From an uncultured Planctomycetota bacterium (lineage in GTDB: Bacteria > Planctomycetota > Planctomycetia > Pirellulales > Lacipirellulaceae), in assembly GCA_963719315.1 (NCBI GenBank), contig CAVRBU010000004.1:608001-672000 (forward strand): a stretch of DNA of 64,000 nucleotides, given 5' to 3'. The notes beneath the pieces are model-generated. The model made no database searches, was not told the DNA's origin, and worked only from the letters and a program-made list of their open reading frames with translations. Below are positions 39,454-49,264 of the stretch, one piece after another (the stretch's first letter is position 1; each line of letters opens with the position of its first letter). The translations under genes and the position numbers were made by a program.

Positions 39454-41559
39454 ATGATTCGAAGCATTTCTGTTCCATCTGAGCTGAAGTACCGAGCCGC
39501 CATCGCGGTAGTGATCGTAATTGTAACAGCATTGGCCTACGGTTCGCTGGCCGCTGAATCGGGCGAGCCGAGCAAGGCGCTTGAAAAGGCGCTGCTGCCT
39601 ACGATCGAGTCCCATCGCGGCGAAGTCGGCCTGGCCGTCAAGAATCTAAAGACGGGCGAATCCTACGAGTTCAAAGCCGACCGGCCAATGCCGACGGCGA
39701 GCCTCATCAAATTGCCCGTCATGATCGCCACATACGACGCAGTCGACAAAGGCAAGTTGTCGCTCGACGACATGATCGAGCTCAAGAAAGAGGACCAAAT
39801 GCCCGGCTCGGGCATTTTGACGGCGCATTTCTCACCCGGCACCAAGATTTCCCTGCGCGATGCCATTCATTTGATGATCGTGTTCTCCGACAACACGGCC
39901 ACCAATCTCGTGCTCGATAAGCTCGGGCTGCCCACCACGAACGAATACATGCAGAAGCTCGGCTGCCCAGAAACGCGGATTAATTCCAAAGTATTTCGTG
40001 GCGATACGTCGATCGCCAAAGACCGCAGCAAAGCGTATGGGCTGGGCAGCACGACCGCCCGCGACATGGTGAAGCTGTGCGAACTGCTTTACGACAAGAA
40101 AATGGTCAGCGAACAGGCCTCGAAGCAAATGCTCGATCACATGTTCGCCTGCGACGACAAGCTCAAAGTGCCGCGGCTGCTGCCCACCGGCACCCGAGTC
40201 GCTCATAAGACGGGCTCGGTAAATTCGTCTCGCACAGATGCCGGGATTATCGAATCGCCTGCCGGGCCGATCGCGTACTGCATCCTCACGAACAAGAACA
40301 AAGATCAAAGCTGGACCGACGACAACGAGGGAGACCTGTTCTGCGCCAAAATCGGCACTGCCGTCTATAAGTACTTCAATCCGAAGCTGGATTCGGTCGC
40401 GCCGACCGTCGCCGGCAAGATGGAAATGGGCGCCAGTGGCGAGATGGTCACGGCCCTGCAACGTACTCTGAACGCAAGAATGGCGTCGTCGCCCGGCATC
40501 GGCACCGACGGAGACTTCGGCCCCGAGACCGAAGGCGCCGTGAAGGAATTCCAAAAACTCAAGAACTTGGAACCGACTGGCGTCGTTGACGCCAAAACCT
40601 GGAAAGCGCTTGGCCCACTTCTGATGGAAGATGTGGATGCGACGGAGGAGCCGGCCATCTTGAATGCGGCGGATCTCAAGAAGGCTCCGCCCGATTCGCT
40701 CGAGGGCCCTCCGTTCGTCACCTGCAAGGGATGGGCGATCATCGACGGGAAATCCGGCGAGTTTCTGGCCGGCGATCACGAAGATCAAAAACTGGAACCC
40801 GCAAGCACGACCAAGATCATGACCGCGTATTTGGTGGCGCTGCTCGCTCAACAGGATCCTAAAGTGCTCGACGAGGTCGTTATCTTCTCCGAACGGGCGG
40901 ATAAGACGCCCGGCTCGTCGTCTGAGATCAAAGCTGGGGAAGAGCTGCCCGTCCGCGAACTGATGTACGGAATGCTGCTCCCTTCCGGCAACGATGCGAC
41001 CGTCGCCTTCGCCGAGCACTTCGGCGATCGGCTCGCCGACGATCAAGATAAAGAAGCGCATCGCAACGCCTACGATAGTTTCGTCTCGGCAATGAATCGC
41101 AAGGCTGCTGAGTTGGGAATGAATTCGACGCATTTCAACAACACACACGGCCTCCATAGCGATGGCCACGTAACGACCGCTCGCGATCTGGCGAAACTTG
41201 CATACGCCGCGTTTCAGATACCGATCTTTCGCGAGGTCGTGAAAACTCCGCAACACGGCTATACTTTGGACGCGGTGTCCGGATACCAGCGCAACATCGA
41301 GTGGCACAACACGAACCACTTGTTGCGAACCGAAGGGTACGACGGCATAAAAACCGGCACTACGGGCGCAGCCGGCGCCTGTCTCGTATCCACCGGGGAA
41401 CGCAATGGTCGGCGGATCATCATGGTCGTGCTCGGCGCGACTTCAGGCGATGCTCGGTACACGGATTCGCGCAATTTGTACCGTTGGGCATGGAAGGATC
41501 TGTTGAAGATGCAAGGCAACGGCGCTAAAGCCGCCGTCAACACCTCGAAAGCAAACTGA
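39454..41559 (+). CDS. Fusion of class A beta-lactamase-like, peptidoglycan-binding and S11 D-Ala-D-Ala carboxypeptidase domains
   Basis: Domain 1: ASLIK, SDN, HKTG. Middle: LQRTLN..DGDFGPETE.AVKEFQ..L..TGVVD..TW. Domain 2: ASTTK, SGND, HFNNTHGL, IKTGTT. Confidence 0.9.
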   Translation: MIRSISVPSELKYRAAIAVVIVIVTALAYGSLAAESGEPSKALEKALLPTIESHRGEVGLAVKNLKTGESYEFKADRPMPTASLIKLPVMIATYDAVDKGKLSLDDMIELKKEDQMPGSGILTAHFSPGTKISLRDAIHLMIVFSDNTATNLVLDKLGLPTTNEYMQKLGCPETRINSKVFRGDTSIAKDRSKAYGLGSTTARDMVKLCELLYDKKMVSEQASKQMLDHMFACDDKLKVPRLLPTGTRVAHKTGSVNSSRTDAGIIESPAGPIAYCILTNKNKDQSWTDDNEGDLFCAKIGTAVYKYFNPKLDSVAPTVAGKMEMGASGEMVTALQRTLNARMASSPGIGTDGDFGPETEGAVKEFQKLKNLEPTGVVDAKTWKALGPLLMEDVDATEEPAILNAADLKKAPPDSLEGPPFVTCKGWAIIDGKSGEFLAGDHEDQKLEPASTTKIMTAYLVALLAQQDPKVLDEVVIFSERADKTPGSSSEIKAGEELPVRELMYGMLLPSGNDATVAFAEHFGDRLADDQDKEAHRNAYDSFVSAMNRKAAELGMNSTHFNNTHGLHSDGHVTTARDLAKLAYAAFQIPIFREVVKTPQHGYTLDAVSGYQRNIEWHNTNHLLRTEGYDGIKTGTTGAAGACLVSTGERNGRRIIMVVLGATSGDARYTDSRNLYRWAWKDLLKMQGNGAKAAVNTSKAN

Positions 41560-42845
41560 TGAACATTCGATTGAAGCTCGGCACGCTTGCGGCCGCCGTA
41601 GCACCTGGCGTTCTACTCGTCGCGTTCAGCCGGCCAGCAACGGGCGCCGATGCCGCGACTCCGACCGACCGCAAACCCATCGTGCTTACCGATCGGGCGC
41701 GCGAACTGCACGCGCATTCGCTGCTGATCGATGGGCACAACGACATGCCCTGGGAAATTCGCAAGCAGGGGTCGTCCAGCTTCGAAAAAATGGACATCTC
41801 GCAGCCGCAGCCCACGCTGCAAACCGATATTCCGCGACTTCGCCAAGGCGGCGTCGGCGCGCAATTCTGGTCCGTCTGGGTGCCCGTGGAGTTGGGCTAC
41901 AAGGGCGAAGCGCTCGCCACCACGCTCGAACAAATCGAGCTTGTAAAACACATGATGTCTCGCTATCCGGAAACATTTGAGCTGGCCCTCACGGCCGACG
42001 ACATCGAGCGGATCCACGGCAAAGGCAAGATTGCCTCGCTGATCGGCGTCGAAGGCGGCCACTGCATCGAAGAATCGCTGCCCGTGCTGGAGAAATTGTA
42101 CAATCTCGGCGCGCGGTACATGACGCTCACGCACACCGATTCGCTGAGCTGGGCCGACTCCAGCACCGACGCCGCCCGCAACAACGGGCTTACGCCCTTC
42201 GGCAAACAAGTTGTTCGCAGAATGAACGAGCTCGGCATGATGGTCGATCTCTCGCACGTTTCCGCCAAAACAATGAACGACACATTAGACGTCGTCGACG
42301 CACCGGTCATTTTCTCGCACTCCTCCGCGTTCGCCGTTTGCGAGCACCCCCGCAACGTGCCGGACGATGTGTTGAAGCGGCTGAAAGAGAAAGACGGCGT
42401 CGTGATGGTCAACTTTTTCTCGGGCTACGTCGTACCTTCGGCGGCCAGAATTTCCATGGAAAGCATGGATGTCGAGCGCGAACTCAAAAAGAAGTACGAC
42501 GACAAAGATCGCGTGGATGCGGAAATGAAACGCTGGAAGGCCAAACACAAATACCCACGCGGCACGATCCACGACCTGCTCGACCACATCGACCATATCG
42601 CCACAGTTGCCGGTACTGAGCACATCGGCATCGGCTCCGATTTCGATGGCGTGAACCTTCTCCCCGCGCAACTCGACGACGTCAGTTGCTACCCTTACAT
42701 CACGCAAGGTCTCATCGATCGGGGCTACACCGACGAGCAGATCCAAGGCATTCTGGGTGGCAATTTGTTGCGCGTCATGCGCGGCGTCGAAGCTTGCGCG
42801 GCGAAGCACCGGAACGAAGCTCCTTCGACGAACGGGCCCAAGTAA
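41559..42845 (+). CDS. Membrane dipeptidase (M19)
   Basis: IDGHND, GAQFWSV, GVEGGH, TLTH, DLSHVS, FSHSS, HPRNV, GIGSDFDG. Confidence 0.92.
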   Translation: MNIRLKLGTLAAAVAPGVLLVAFSRPATGADAATPTDRKPIVLTDRARELHAHSLLIDGHNDMPWEIRKQGSSSFEKMDISQPQPTLQTDIPRLRQGGVGAQFWSVWVPVELGYKGEALATTLEQIELVKHMMSRYPETFELALTADDIERIHGKGKIASLIGVEGGHCIEESLPVLEKLYNLGARYMTLTHTDSLSWADSSTDAARNNGLTPFGKQVVRRMNELGMMVDLSHVSAKTMNDTLDVVDAPVIFSHSSAFAVCEHPRNVPDDVLKRLKEKDGVVMVNFFSGYVVPSAARISMESMDVERELKKKYDDKDRVDAEMKRWKAKHKYPRGTIHDLLDHIDHIATVAGTEHIGIGSDFDGVNLLPAQLDDVSCYPYITQGLIDRGYTDEQIQGILGGNLLRVMRGVEACAAKHRNEAPSTNGPK

Positions 42846-42880
42846 GCGACTGCAAGTCGAGAGATCCATTAGATTGAAAG

Positions 42881-44590
42881 GTGCGAACGTTGCTCGAACG
42901 CGATAGATATGATCGATTTCGCGTAGCGCCCCTCGATCCGGCCACGCTTCGCGCCCCCGATGTCGAGCGTATCCTAAAACAATTGGCCGGCTCTTCCGCC
43001 GGTCGCTTGAAGATTGAGAAGTTCGCCGAGTCGATCGAAGGTCGGCCCATTTACCTGGCTCAGATCGGCACCGGTCCGAGACGAGTGCTGCTCTGGTCGC
43101 AGATGCATGGCGATGAACCGACGCACACGGCCGTGCTGTTGGATTTGGCGAACTACCTGTTGGGATTGCCAACTAAACCGCAAGCGGCCGACATTCTGAC
43201 GAACTGCACGCTGCACTTCATCCCGATGCTGAATCCCGACGGCGCTGAAGCCGTGAAGCGTTACAACGCGCAAGGAATCGACATCAATCGCGATGCGCGT
43301 CGGCTCTCAACGCCGGAAGGGCGTGCGTTGCGAAAGGCCACGGAATCCGTCAAGCCGGAGTTCGCTTTCAACTTGCACAATCAGCACGCCCGCACCAGCG
43401 TTGGCCACCCGCCGAAGCCGGCCGCGGTCTCCGTGTTGGCGCCTGCGCCCGACTCCAGCGGCCACGAAACGCCCGGCATGCACCGCGCAAAGTTGATGTG
43501 CGCCTACTTCGTCGAAGCCGTGCGACCCGATGTGCCCGGAATGATTTCGCGCTACGACGACGCGCACGAACCCCGGGCCTTTGGCGACACGATTCAAGCC
43601 ACCGGCGCCGCAACGATGCTGGTCGAAGCCGGCGGTTGGACCGACCCCGATATCGAACCACTCACCCGCGTTCACTTCCATGGCATGCTGGCCACGCTGC
43701 ACGGGATCGCAACGGATGAATACCTCAAAGCGGATGTAAAAGTTTACGAATCGCTTCCCGAATCAAATTCCAGTCGCCAACTCGATTTGCTGATAGCGAA
43801 TGCCCAAGTGATGAGCGCGATAACACCGGCGTACACGGCCGATCTGGGCATTGAACAAACGCAAACCGAGCGATTGGGCGGCCGATCGAAGAGCGACGGA
43901 AAGATCGTCGAAATCGGCGACCTATCCGTGCTGTCCGCCAAAGCGAATTTGGATGCCTCGGGGTTCTTGGTTTTGCCCGGACAAATCGCGCTTCTCGAAG
44001 ATTGGTCGCCCGCTTCAGCCGCTCCTCCGGCAAAGCTCGACTCGCTATTGGCCAAGGGCGTGACGACGCTCGTCGGTTCCGCTGACTTGGCAGATAGCGA
44101 TGCAATCGAGGGAATTGGCGCCGCCCGCGAGTTGCCGATGAACTGGGCCTTTGTCGGCCGCATCGACAGAGCGGCTTCGCTGCCCCGGGCTGAACTCGTG
44201 GAGCGCGTGGCATGGGCCGCCCACCAGGGCCTGCTGGCGGTCGCGACCGACCGCGCCAACGAAGAACTGTGGCAACAGCTCAATCGCGTCGGTCTGCCGC
44301 TGGTACAGTTAAGCAAGCTAGCGGCCAAACTTCCGGCGAGCGGCACTTACCACGATTGCTCGGAACACATCGAACGACTCAACAAATTTCTCAACTTACA
44401 CGGCAATCGCGGCCGCGTGGGGCGCAACGTCTACGCCGACCTCGCCATGTTCGATCTTGGCGGCAAGGTCAACGAAAAGAATCCTGTCGATTGGCGTCGC
44501 CTGGCGCGCGTGATCGTCGCCGGCGAAACGATTTGGGAAAACGGCAAACGCGCCGGTGGATCGCCGGGCGTCTTCCTTCGACGCACCTAG
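42881..44590 (+). CDS. M14 zinc carboxypeptidase (possibly MpaA-like) fused to a degenerate amidohydrolase-like domain
   Basis: SIEGRPI, QMHGDE, NPDG, RYNAQGIDINRD, FNLHNQ, LVEAG; the C-terminal half resembles D-aminoacylase termini but has no HxH motif. Confidence 0.8.
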   Translation: MRTLLERDRYDRFRVAPLDPATLRAPDVERILKQLAGSSAGRLKIEKFAESIEGRPIYLAQIGTGPRRVLLWSQMHGDEPTHTAVLLDLANYLLGLPTKPQAADILTNCTLHFIPMLNPDGAEAVKRYNAQGIDINRDARRLSTPEGRALRKATESVKPEFAFNLHNQHARTSVGHPPKPAAVSVLAPAPDSSGHETPGMHRAKLMCAYFVEAVRPDVPGMISRYDDAHEPRAFGDTIQATGAATMLVEAGGWTDPDIEPLTRVHFHGMLATLHGIATDEYLKADVKVYESLPESNSSRQLDLLIANAQVMSAITPAYTADLGIEQTQTERLGGRSKSDGKIVEIGDLSVLSAKANLDASGFLVLPGQIALLEDWSPASAAPPAKLDSLLAKGVTTLVGSADLADSDAIEGIGAARELPMNWAFVGRIDRAASLPRAELVERVAWAAHQGLLAVATDRANEELWQQLNRVGLPLVQLSKLAAKLPASGTYHDCSEHIERLNKFLNLHGNRGRVGRNVYADLAMFDLGGKVNEKNPVDWRRLARVIVAGETIWENGKRAGGSPGVFLRRT

Positions 44591-44606
44591 CCTGCGGAAC
44601 TGGCCC

Positions 44607-45377
44607 ATGCTCAACAAGATTTGGTTTGGGTTGTTGTGCATCGGCATCCTGTATGGTTTCGGGAAGGCAACGTACCAATATTTGAATGCGCCGGCCCAGC
44701 CGACGAAACCCGCGGCCGAAACTCCGGCCGGTCCGCTGCCGGTACCCGCGCCCGCAAACGACCTCAAAAGCGTCGACTCGGCCTATACGGCCATGGGCAA
44801 AAGGCTCAATGAAGCGGCCGTCGATGCTGCCACAACGTCCGTCGAAATCTGCATCGGGCTGATTGGCATCATGGCCCTGTGGCTCGGGCTGCTAAACATC
44901 GCCAAGGACGCCGGCGTGCTCGAAGCATTTGCGCGATTGCTGCGGCCGTTGATGCATTGGCTGTTTCCCGAAGTGCCGGACGGCCACCCGGCGCAGGGCG
45001 CCATGTTGATGAACATTTCGGCGAACATGCTGGGGCTCGACAACGCGGCCACACCGTTGGGGCTCAAAGCGATGACCGAACTGCAAACGCTCAATCCGGT
45101 GAAAGACACGGCCACGAACAGCATGGCAATGTTCCTGGCAATTAACAACAGCAGCGTCACACTGATCCCCTTCACGCTGATCGGCTACCGCGCTTTGAAG
45201 GGCAGCCACGATCCGGCGAAGCCGCTGGGTGGAATCCTCATCGTGACCACCTTTAGCACGATTGTCGCCGTGCTCGTGGCGAAATGGCTTTCCCGGAGAC
45301 CCAAGTACCAGATCGCGGCCCCCGCGCCAAACGCCCTGGTTGCCGCGAACGGAGCGGGAGGCGACGCCGATGGCTAG
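44607..45377 (+). CDS. spmA: SpmA-like nucleoside-recognition (gate) membrane protein
   Basis: MLNKIW, MALWLGL..IA..AG, LFPEVP.GHPA, ANMLGLDNAATPLGLKAM.ELQ.LNP.KDTA. Confidence 0.88.
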   Translation: MLNKIWFGLLCIGILYGFGKATYQYLNAPAQPTKPAAETPAGPLPVPAPANDLKSVDSAYTAMGKRLNEAAVDAATTSVEICIGLIGIMALWLGLLNIAKDAGVLEAFARLLRPLMHWLFPEVPDGHPAQGAMLMNISANMLGLDNAATPLGLKAMTELQTLNPVKDTATNSMAMFLAINNSSVTLIPFTLIGYRALKGSHDPAKPLGGILIVTTFSTIVAVLVAKWLSRRPKYQIAAPAPNALVAANGAGGDADG

Positions 45378-45933
45378 TTTTCTTCCCGTGCTCGAGGCTG
45401 TCAGTCAATGGATGATCCCGGCTACCATTTTGCTCATCATCATCTCGGCGGCTTGTAAGCGGGTGCCGATGTATGAATCGTTTGTCACTGGAGCCAAGGA
45501 AGGATTCGGCATCGCGGTGATGATCATTCCGTATCTCGTTGCCATGCTGTTCGTGATCAAAGTGTTTGACGCCAGCGGCCTTTTTGCCGACATCAAGTAC
45601 GGCTTATCGCTGGCGATGCAGGCCGTTGGCTTGGGCGCCTATACCGAATCGCTGGACTTGTTGCCGCTCGCGCTCACCAAACCGCTAACCGGCAGTGGAG
45701 CGCGAGCCGTAATGTTGGATGTATTTGACAAGCATGGAACCGATAGCTTCCTGGGCATGACGGCTTCGATCATGATGGGCAGCACGGAAACGACATTTTA
45801 TGTGCTGACCGTTTATTATGGGGCCGTGCAGATCAAGAAGTTTCGACACACGTTGGCTACATGCTTGTGGACCGATCTGGCAGCCGTGACCGCCGCGATC
45901 GTGATGGGCTATTGGCTGTACGGCGGCCGGTGA
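45370..45933 (+). CDS. spmB: SpmB-like membrane protein
   Basis: YESFVTGAKEGF, IIPYLVAML, KPLTGSGA, GSTETTFYVLTVYYGAV; overlaps spmA. Confidence 0.88.
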   Translation: MASFLPVLEAVSQWMIPATILLIIISAACKRVPMYESFVTGAKEGFGIAVMIIPYLVAMLFVIKVFDASGLFADIKYGLSLAMQAVGLGAYTESLDLLPLALTKPLTGSGARAVMLDVFDKHGTDSFLGMTASIMMGSTETTFYVLTVYYGAVQIKKFRHTLATCLWTDLAAVTAAIVMGYWLYGGR

Positions 45934-46001
45934 GCTGTTCGCGCTGTGGCGAATCGGGTACTCCCCTGCCCCCTTCTCAAAAGAGAGGCGAGGTTGTGGC
46001 T

Positions 46002-46973
46002 ATGACGCCCCTCATCAAGCCGAAAGCCCTACGGCAAGGAGATGCGATCGGCGTCGTAGCGCCGGCTGGACCCCTGAATCGAGAGCGGATCGATAGGGCG
46101 CTCGCGCGCATCCAAGCCCGTGGATTCCCCACAAAAACATACGGAGACATCTATAGGTCGAACGGCTACCTGGCCGGCGACGATGCGACACGGACCGAGG
46201 AGTTGATGGCGGCGTTCGCCGATCCGGAGACTACGGCTGTGTGGTGCGCCCGCGGCGGATACGGCGTCATACGGCTGTTGGATCGCCTCGATTTCAACGT
46301 CATTCGTCGAAATCCCAAGGTCTTTATCGGCTTTAGCGATATCACGGCGCTGCACACCGCGATCGGGCTGCGAACCGGGCTCGTTACGTTCCACGGCCCT
46401 AACTTGCAAGATGGCTTCGGAAAGCCGGACGATATGCCGGCCGCGAATGAGGCTGCGCTCTGGCAAGCGGTTCTCGCCGATTCACAAGGCGAAAGAAAGG
46501 GTGGCTACTCGTACGACCTCAGCAGCCTGGACGGCGCATCGCTGCGTCCAATGCATGGCGGTGTCGCCACCGGTCGACTTACTGGCGGGAACCTGGCTGT
46601 TTTGTGCGGCATGTTGGGAACACCGTTTGAAATTGAAACCGCCGGCCGCATCCTGTTCCTGGAAGACGTCAGCGAACGGCTCTATCGCATCGACCGTTAC
46701 GTGACGCATCTGCGGCTGGCCGGAAAGCTACAGCAAGTCGCCGGTGTTTTGCTCGGCAGTTTTTCTTACGACGAGGGCGACCAGGCGGAGAATTCGACCG
46801 ATGTCGCCGCCCTGATGGCCGAATTCTTCACGCCGCTCGGCGTCCCCGTCCTCGCCGGATTCCCGGCGGGCCATGAGCGCCTCAACCTTGCGCTTCCAAT
46901 GGGCGGACTTATTAAGGTAGACGCCGATGCCGGACAGGTTACACTGCTGGAGAATTGCGTCGAACCTGGCTGA
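46002..46973 (+). CDS. ldcA: Muramoyltetrapeptide LD-carboxypeptidase (S66)
   Basis: VAPA, YLAGDD..R, ARGGYG, GFSDIT (Ser), GGNL, FLEDVSE (Glu), AGH (His). Confidence 0.9.
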   Translation: MTPLIKPKALRQGDAIGVVAPAGPLNRERIDRALARIQARGFPTKTYGDIYRSNGYLAGDDATRTEELMAAFADPETTAVWCARGGYGVIRLLDRLDFNVIRRNPKVFIGFSDITALHTAIGLRTGLVTFHGPNLQDGFGKPDDMPAANEAALWQAVLADSQGERKGGYSYDLSSLDGASLRPMHGGVATGRLTGGNLAVLCGMLGTPFEIETAGRILFLEDVSERLYRIDRYVTHLRLAGKLQQVAGVLLGSFSYDEGDQAENSTDVAALMAEFFTPLGVPVLAGFPAGHERLNLALPMGGLIKVDADAGQVTLLENCVEPG

Positions 46974-46997
46974 GCCATTTCGCGGAGATCGCGCACG

Positions 46998-48410
46998 ATG
47001 GACCTATCCGAGTTGCTGAAGGACGCCGCTGAAGTATTTGGCTGGGCCCTGGTGCCCGTCATCCTGGCGACCGCCTTGTTCTTCACGATCCGACTTCGGT
47101 TTGTGCAATTCTTTCGCTTTCGCGAAGCAGTCCGCGAGACGATCAAAAGTCGGCAAACCGGCGCAAGCGGCGCGCTGTCGCCGCTGCAAGCGTTCATGAC
47201 CGCAATCGCCGCCACGGTCGGCACTGGCAACGTCGTCGGCGTGGCGACGGCGATCGTTTCCGGTGGACCCGGCGCGCTCTTCTGGATTTGGGTGTATGGT
47301 TTTCTGGCGATGAGTACGAAGTTCGCGGAGGCGTCGCTCGGCATGCACTTTCGAGTCGCCCACGGCGAGGACGTACTTTCCGGCCCAATGTACTACCTCC
47401 GCGACGGACTGAAGTCCTGGTTGGGTCGGGCCCTTGCCGCTCTCTTTGCCATATTGGGCGGATGCGGCGTGCTGTTCACCACGCCCCTGACTCAACCCAA
47501 CTCGGTCGCCAATGCGATGGCCGGCCAACTCAAAGAGCAAGGAATTAGCTGGGGCGCGTTCCAAATGGGCCATTTTTCGATCGATAAAATGCAATTCGCA
47601 ATCGGCGTCGTCTTGGCGATCCTCACCTGGTTGGTGATCGTGCACGGCATCAAGTCGATTGGGCGCGCGGCTGAGAGGCTTTCGCCGATCAAAGTCGGGT
47701 TCTATATGGTGGGCGGGTTGGTCGTAATTCTGACGCACATTTCCAACCTGCCCCATGTGCTGGCGATGGTCTTCCACGATGCCTTTTCCACGCATGCGGC
47801 CACCGGCGGCGCCGCCGGCCTCACGATGATGAATGCCATCAACCTGGGGATTCGCCGTGGCGTTTATGCAAATGAGGCCGGGTACGGCACGGCGGCCGTC
47901 GCGTATGGCACCGCCAAGAGCCAGCGGCCCGATCAACAAGGCCTTGCCGCGATGATGGATGTGTTCATCATCACGTTCATCACCTGCACCTTGAGCGCCC
48001 TGGCCGTTCTACTGACCGACGTTTGGAGTACAGCGAAAGACGGTGCGGTCGCAATTCCGGAGGCCTTCAACGCGGCCATGCCGGCCTTCGGCGGATGGAT
48101 GGTTACCATTTCGATCGCGTTATTCGCCTACACCGTGCTGATCGGCTGGGCCTTCTACGGAGAGCAGTTCCTTGAATACCTGTTCGGACCAGGGATCATC
48201 AAGCCATTTCGCTGGCTGTACTGCCTACTGATACCGTTTGGCGCTGTGATCAAGGTCGATGCCGTGTGGAATTGGGGCGATATCTGCAACGGACTGCAAG
48301 TTTTTCCAAACGTCATCGGACTTCTCGCCCTTAGCGGCATCGCCGCTGCCTACGCCCGTACCCGCCATAGTGACGGGAATTCATCGAGGTCGGAAACGCT
48401 GGCCAAGTAG
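46998..48410 (+). CDS. Alanine/glycine:cation symporter (AGCS)
   Basis: AATVGTGNVVGVATAI..GGPGALFWIW, GPMYY, RGVYANEAG.GTA. Confidence 0.92.
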   Translation: MDLSELLKDAAEVFGWALVPVILATALFFTIRLRFVQFFRFREAVRETIKSRQTGASGALSPLQAFMTAIAATVGTGNVVGVATAIVSGGPGALFWIWVYGFLAMSTKFAEASLGMHFRVAHGEDVLSGPMYYLRDGLKSWLGRALAALFAILGGCGVLFTTPLTQPNSVANAMAGQLKEQGISWGAFQMGHFSIDKMQFAIGVVLAILTWLVIVHGIKSIGRAAERLSPIKVGFYMVGGLVVILTHISNLPHVLAMVFHDAFSTHAATGGAAGLTMMNAINLGIRRGVYANEAGYGTAAVAYGTAKSQRPDQQGLAAMMDVFIITFITCTLSALAVLLTDVWSTAKDGAVAIPEAFNAAMPAFGGWMVTISIALFAYTVLIGWAFYGEQFLEYLFGPGIIKPFRWLYCLLIPFGAVIKVDAVWNWGDICNGLQVFPNVIGLLALSGIAAAYARTRHSDGNSSRSETLAK

Positions 48411-48519
48411 ACACTTGCACTCCGCCCGGCGGTGGGTTTACGCTGATGCTGGAAAGCACACCGCTTTCGCAATCCGCGAATGGCCCACCCGATCCACTCT
48501 CACCACTGGAGATGCTTCC

Positions 48520-49236
48520 ATGACTCGCAATTGCATCTGCGCATGTGTCGTTATGATGTTGTCGGCAAGTGCCTTGATTGCCAAAGAGCCGCAAGAATTG
48601 TTTAATGGCAAAGACCTGCAAGGTTGGGACGCCGACCCGGCGGTTTGGAGCGTCGAAGATGGCACGATCGTCGGCCGCACCCATGCCGAGAAACCTCTGA
48701 AGAACAACGAGTTTCTCATTTGGAAGGGCGGTCCCGTCGGCGACTTCAAGCTGGCGCTTCAATACCGCATCCAAGGCGGCAACAGCGGCGTGCAATATCG
48801 CAGCAAAGTGCTCGACCCATCCAAATGGATCGTAGCCGGCTACCAGGCCGACATCGACTCCGGCCCCACATACACCGGGATCCTGTACGAAGAGCGCGAA
48901 CGTGGCATTTTGGCGAAGCGCGGCCAACGCGTCACGATCGGTAAAGATGGCAAGTCAACCATCGAGTCGATCGGCGACCCCGACGAGTTGCAAAAAAGCG
49001 TCCATGCCGATGACTGGAACGACTATGTGATCGAAGTCCGCGGCGCACACATGAAGCACACGATCAACGGCAAGTTGATGAGCGAAACCATCGATCGCGA
49101 TCAAAAGCATCGCGCCATGTCGGGTGTGCTCGCCCTGCAGGTTCACGCCGGGCCGCCGATGACCGTGCAGTTCCGTAATATCCGGTACGAGCCGCTCGAG
49201 CCAAAATCGAAAGATGCGAAGGCTAAAGCGAAATAG
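48520..49236 (+). CDS. DUF1080 (3-keto-disaccharide hydrolase-like) secreted protein
   Basis: LFNGKDL.GW, NSGVQYRS, GYQADI, WNDY.I, ALQVHAG, FRNI. Confidence 0.9.
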   Translation: MTRNCICACVVMMLSASALIAKEPQELFNGKDLQGWDADPAVWSVEDGTIVGRTHAEKPLKNNEFLIWKGGPVGDFKLALQYRIQGGNSGVQYRSKVLDPSKWIVAGYQADIDSGPTYTGILYEERERGILAKRGQRVTIGKDGKSTIESIGDPDELQKSVHADDWNDYVIEVRGAHMKHTINGKLMSETIDRDQKHRAMSGVLALQVHAGPPMTVQFRNIRYEPLEPKSKDAKAKAK

Positions 49237-49264
49237 TGCGCTCGATGGAATTCTATTGGCAATA

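Noticed and set aside
39454..40380. Acquired beta-lactam resistance gene
   Set aside because: Fused to peptidoglycan-binding and DD-carboxypeptidase domains, no clear ExxLN motif, no mobile context.
44607..45933. Evidence of sporulation
   Set aside because: SpmA/B homologs occur in non-sporulating bacteria; no other sporulation genes here.
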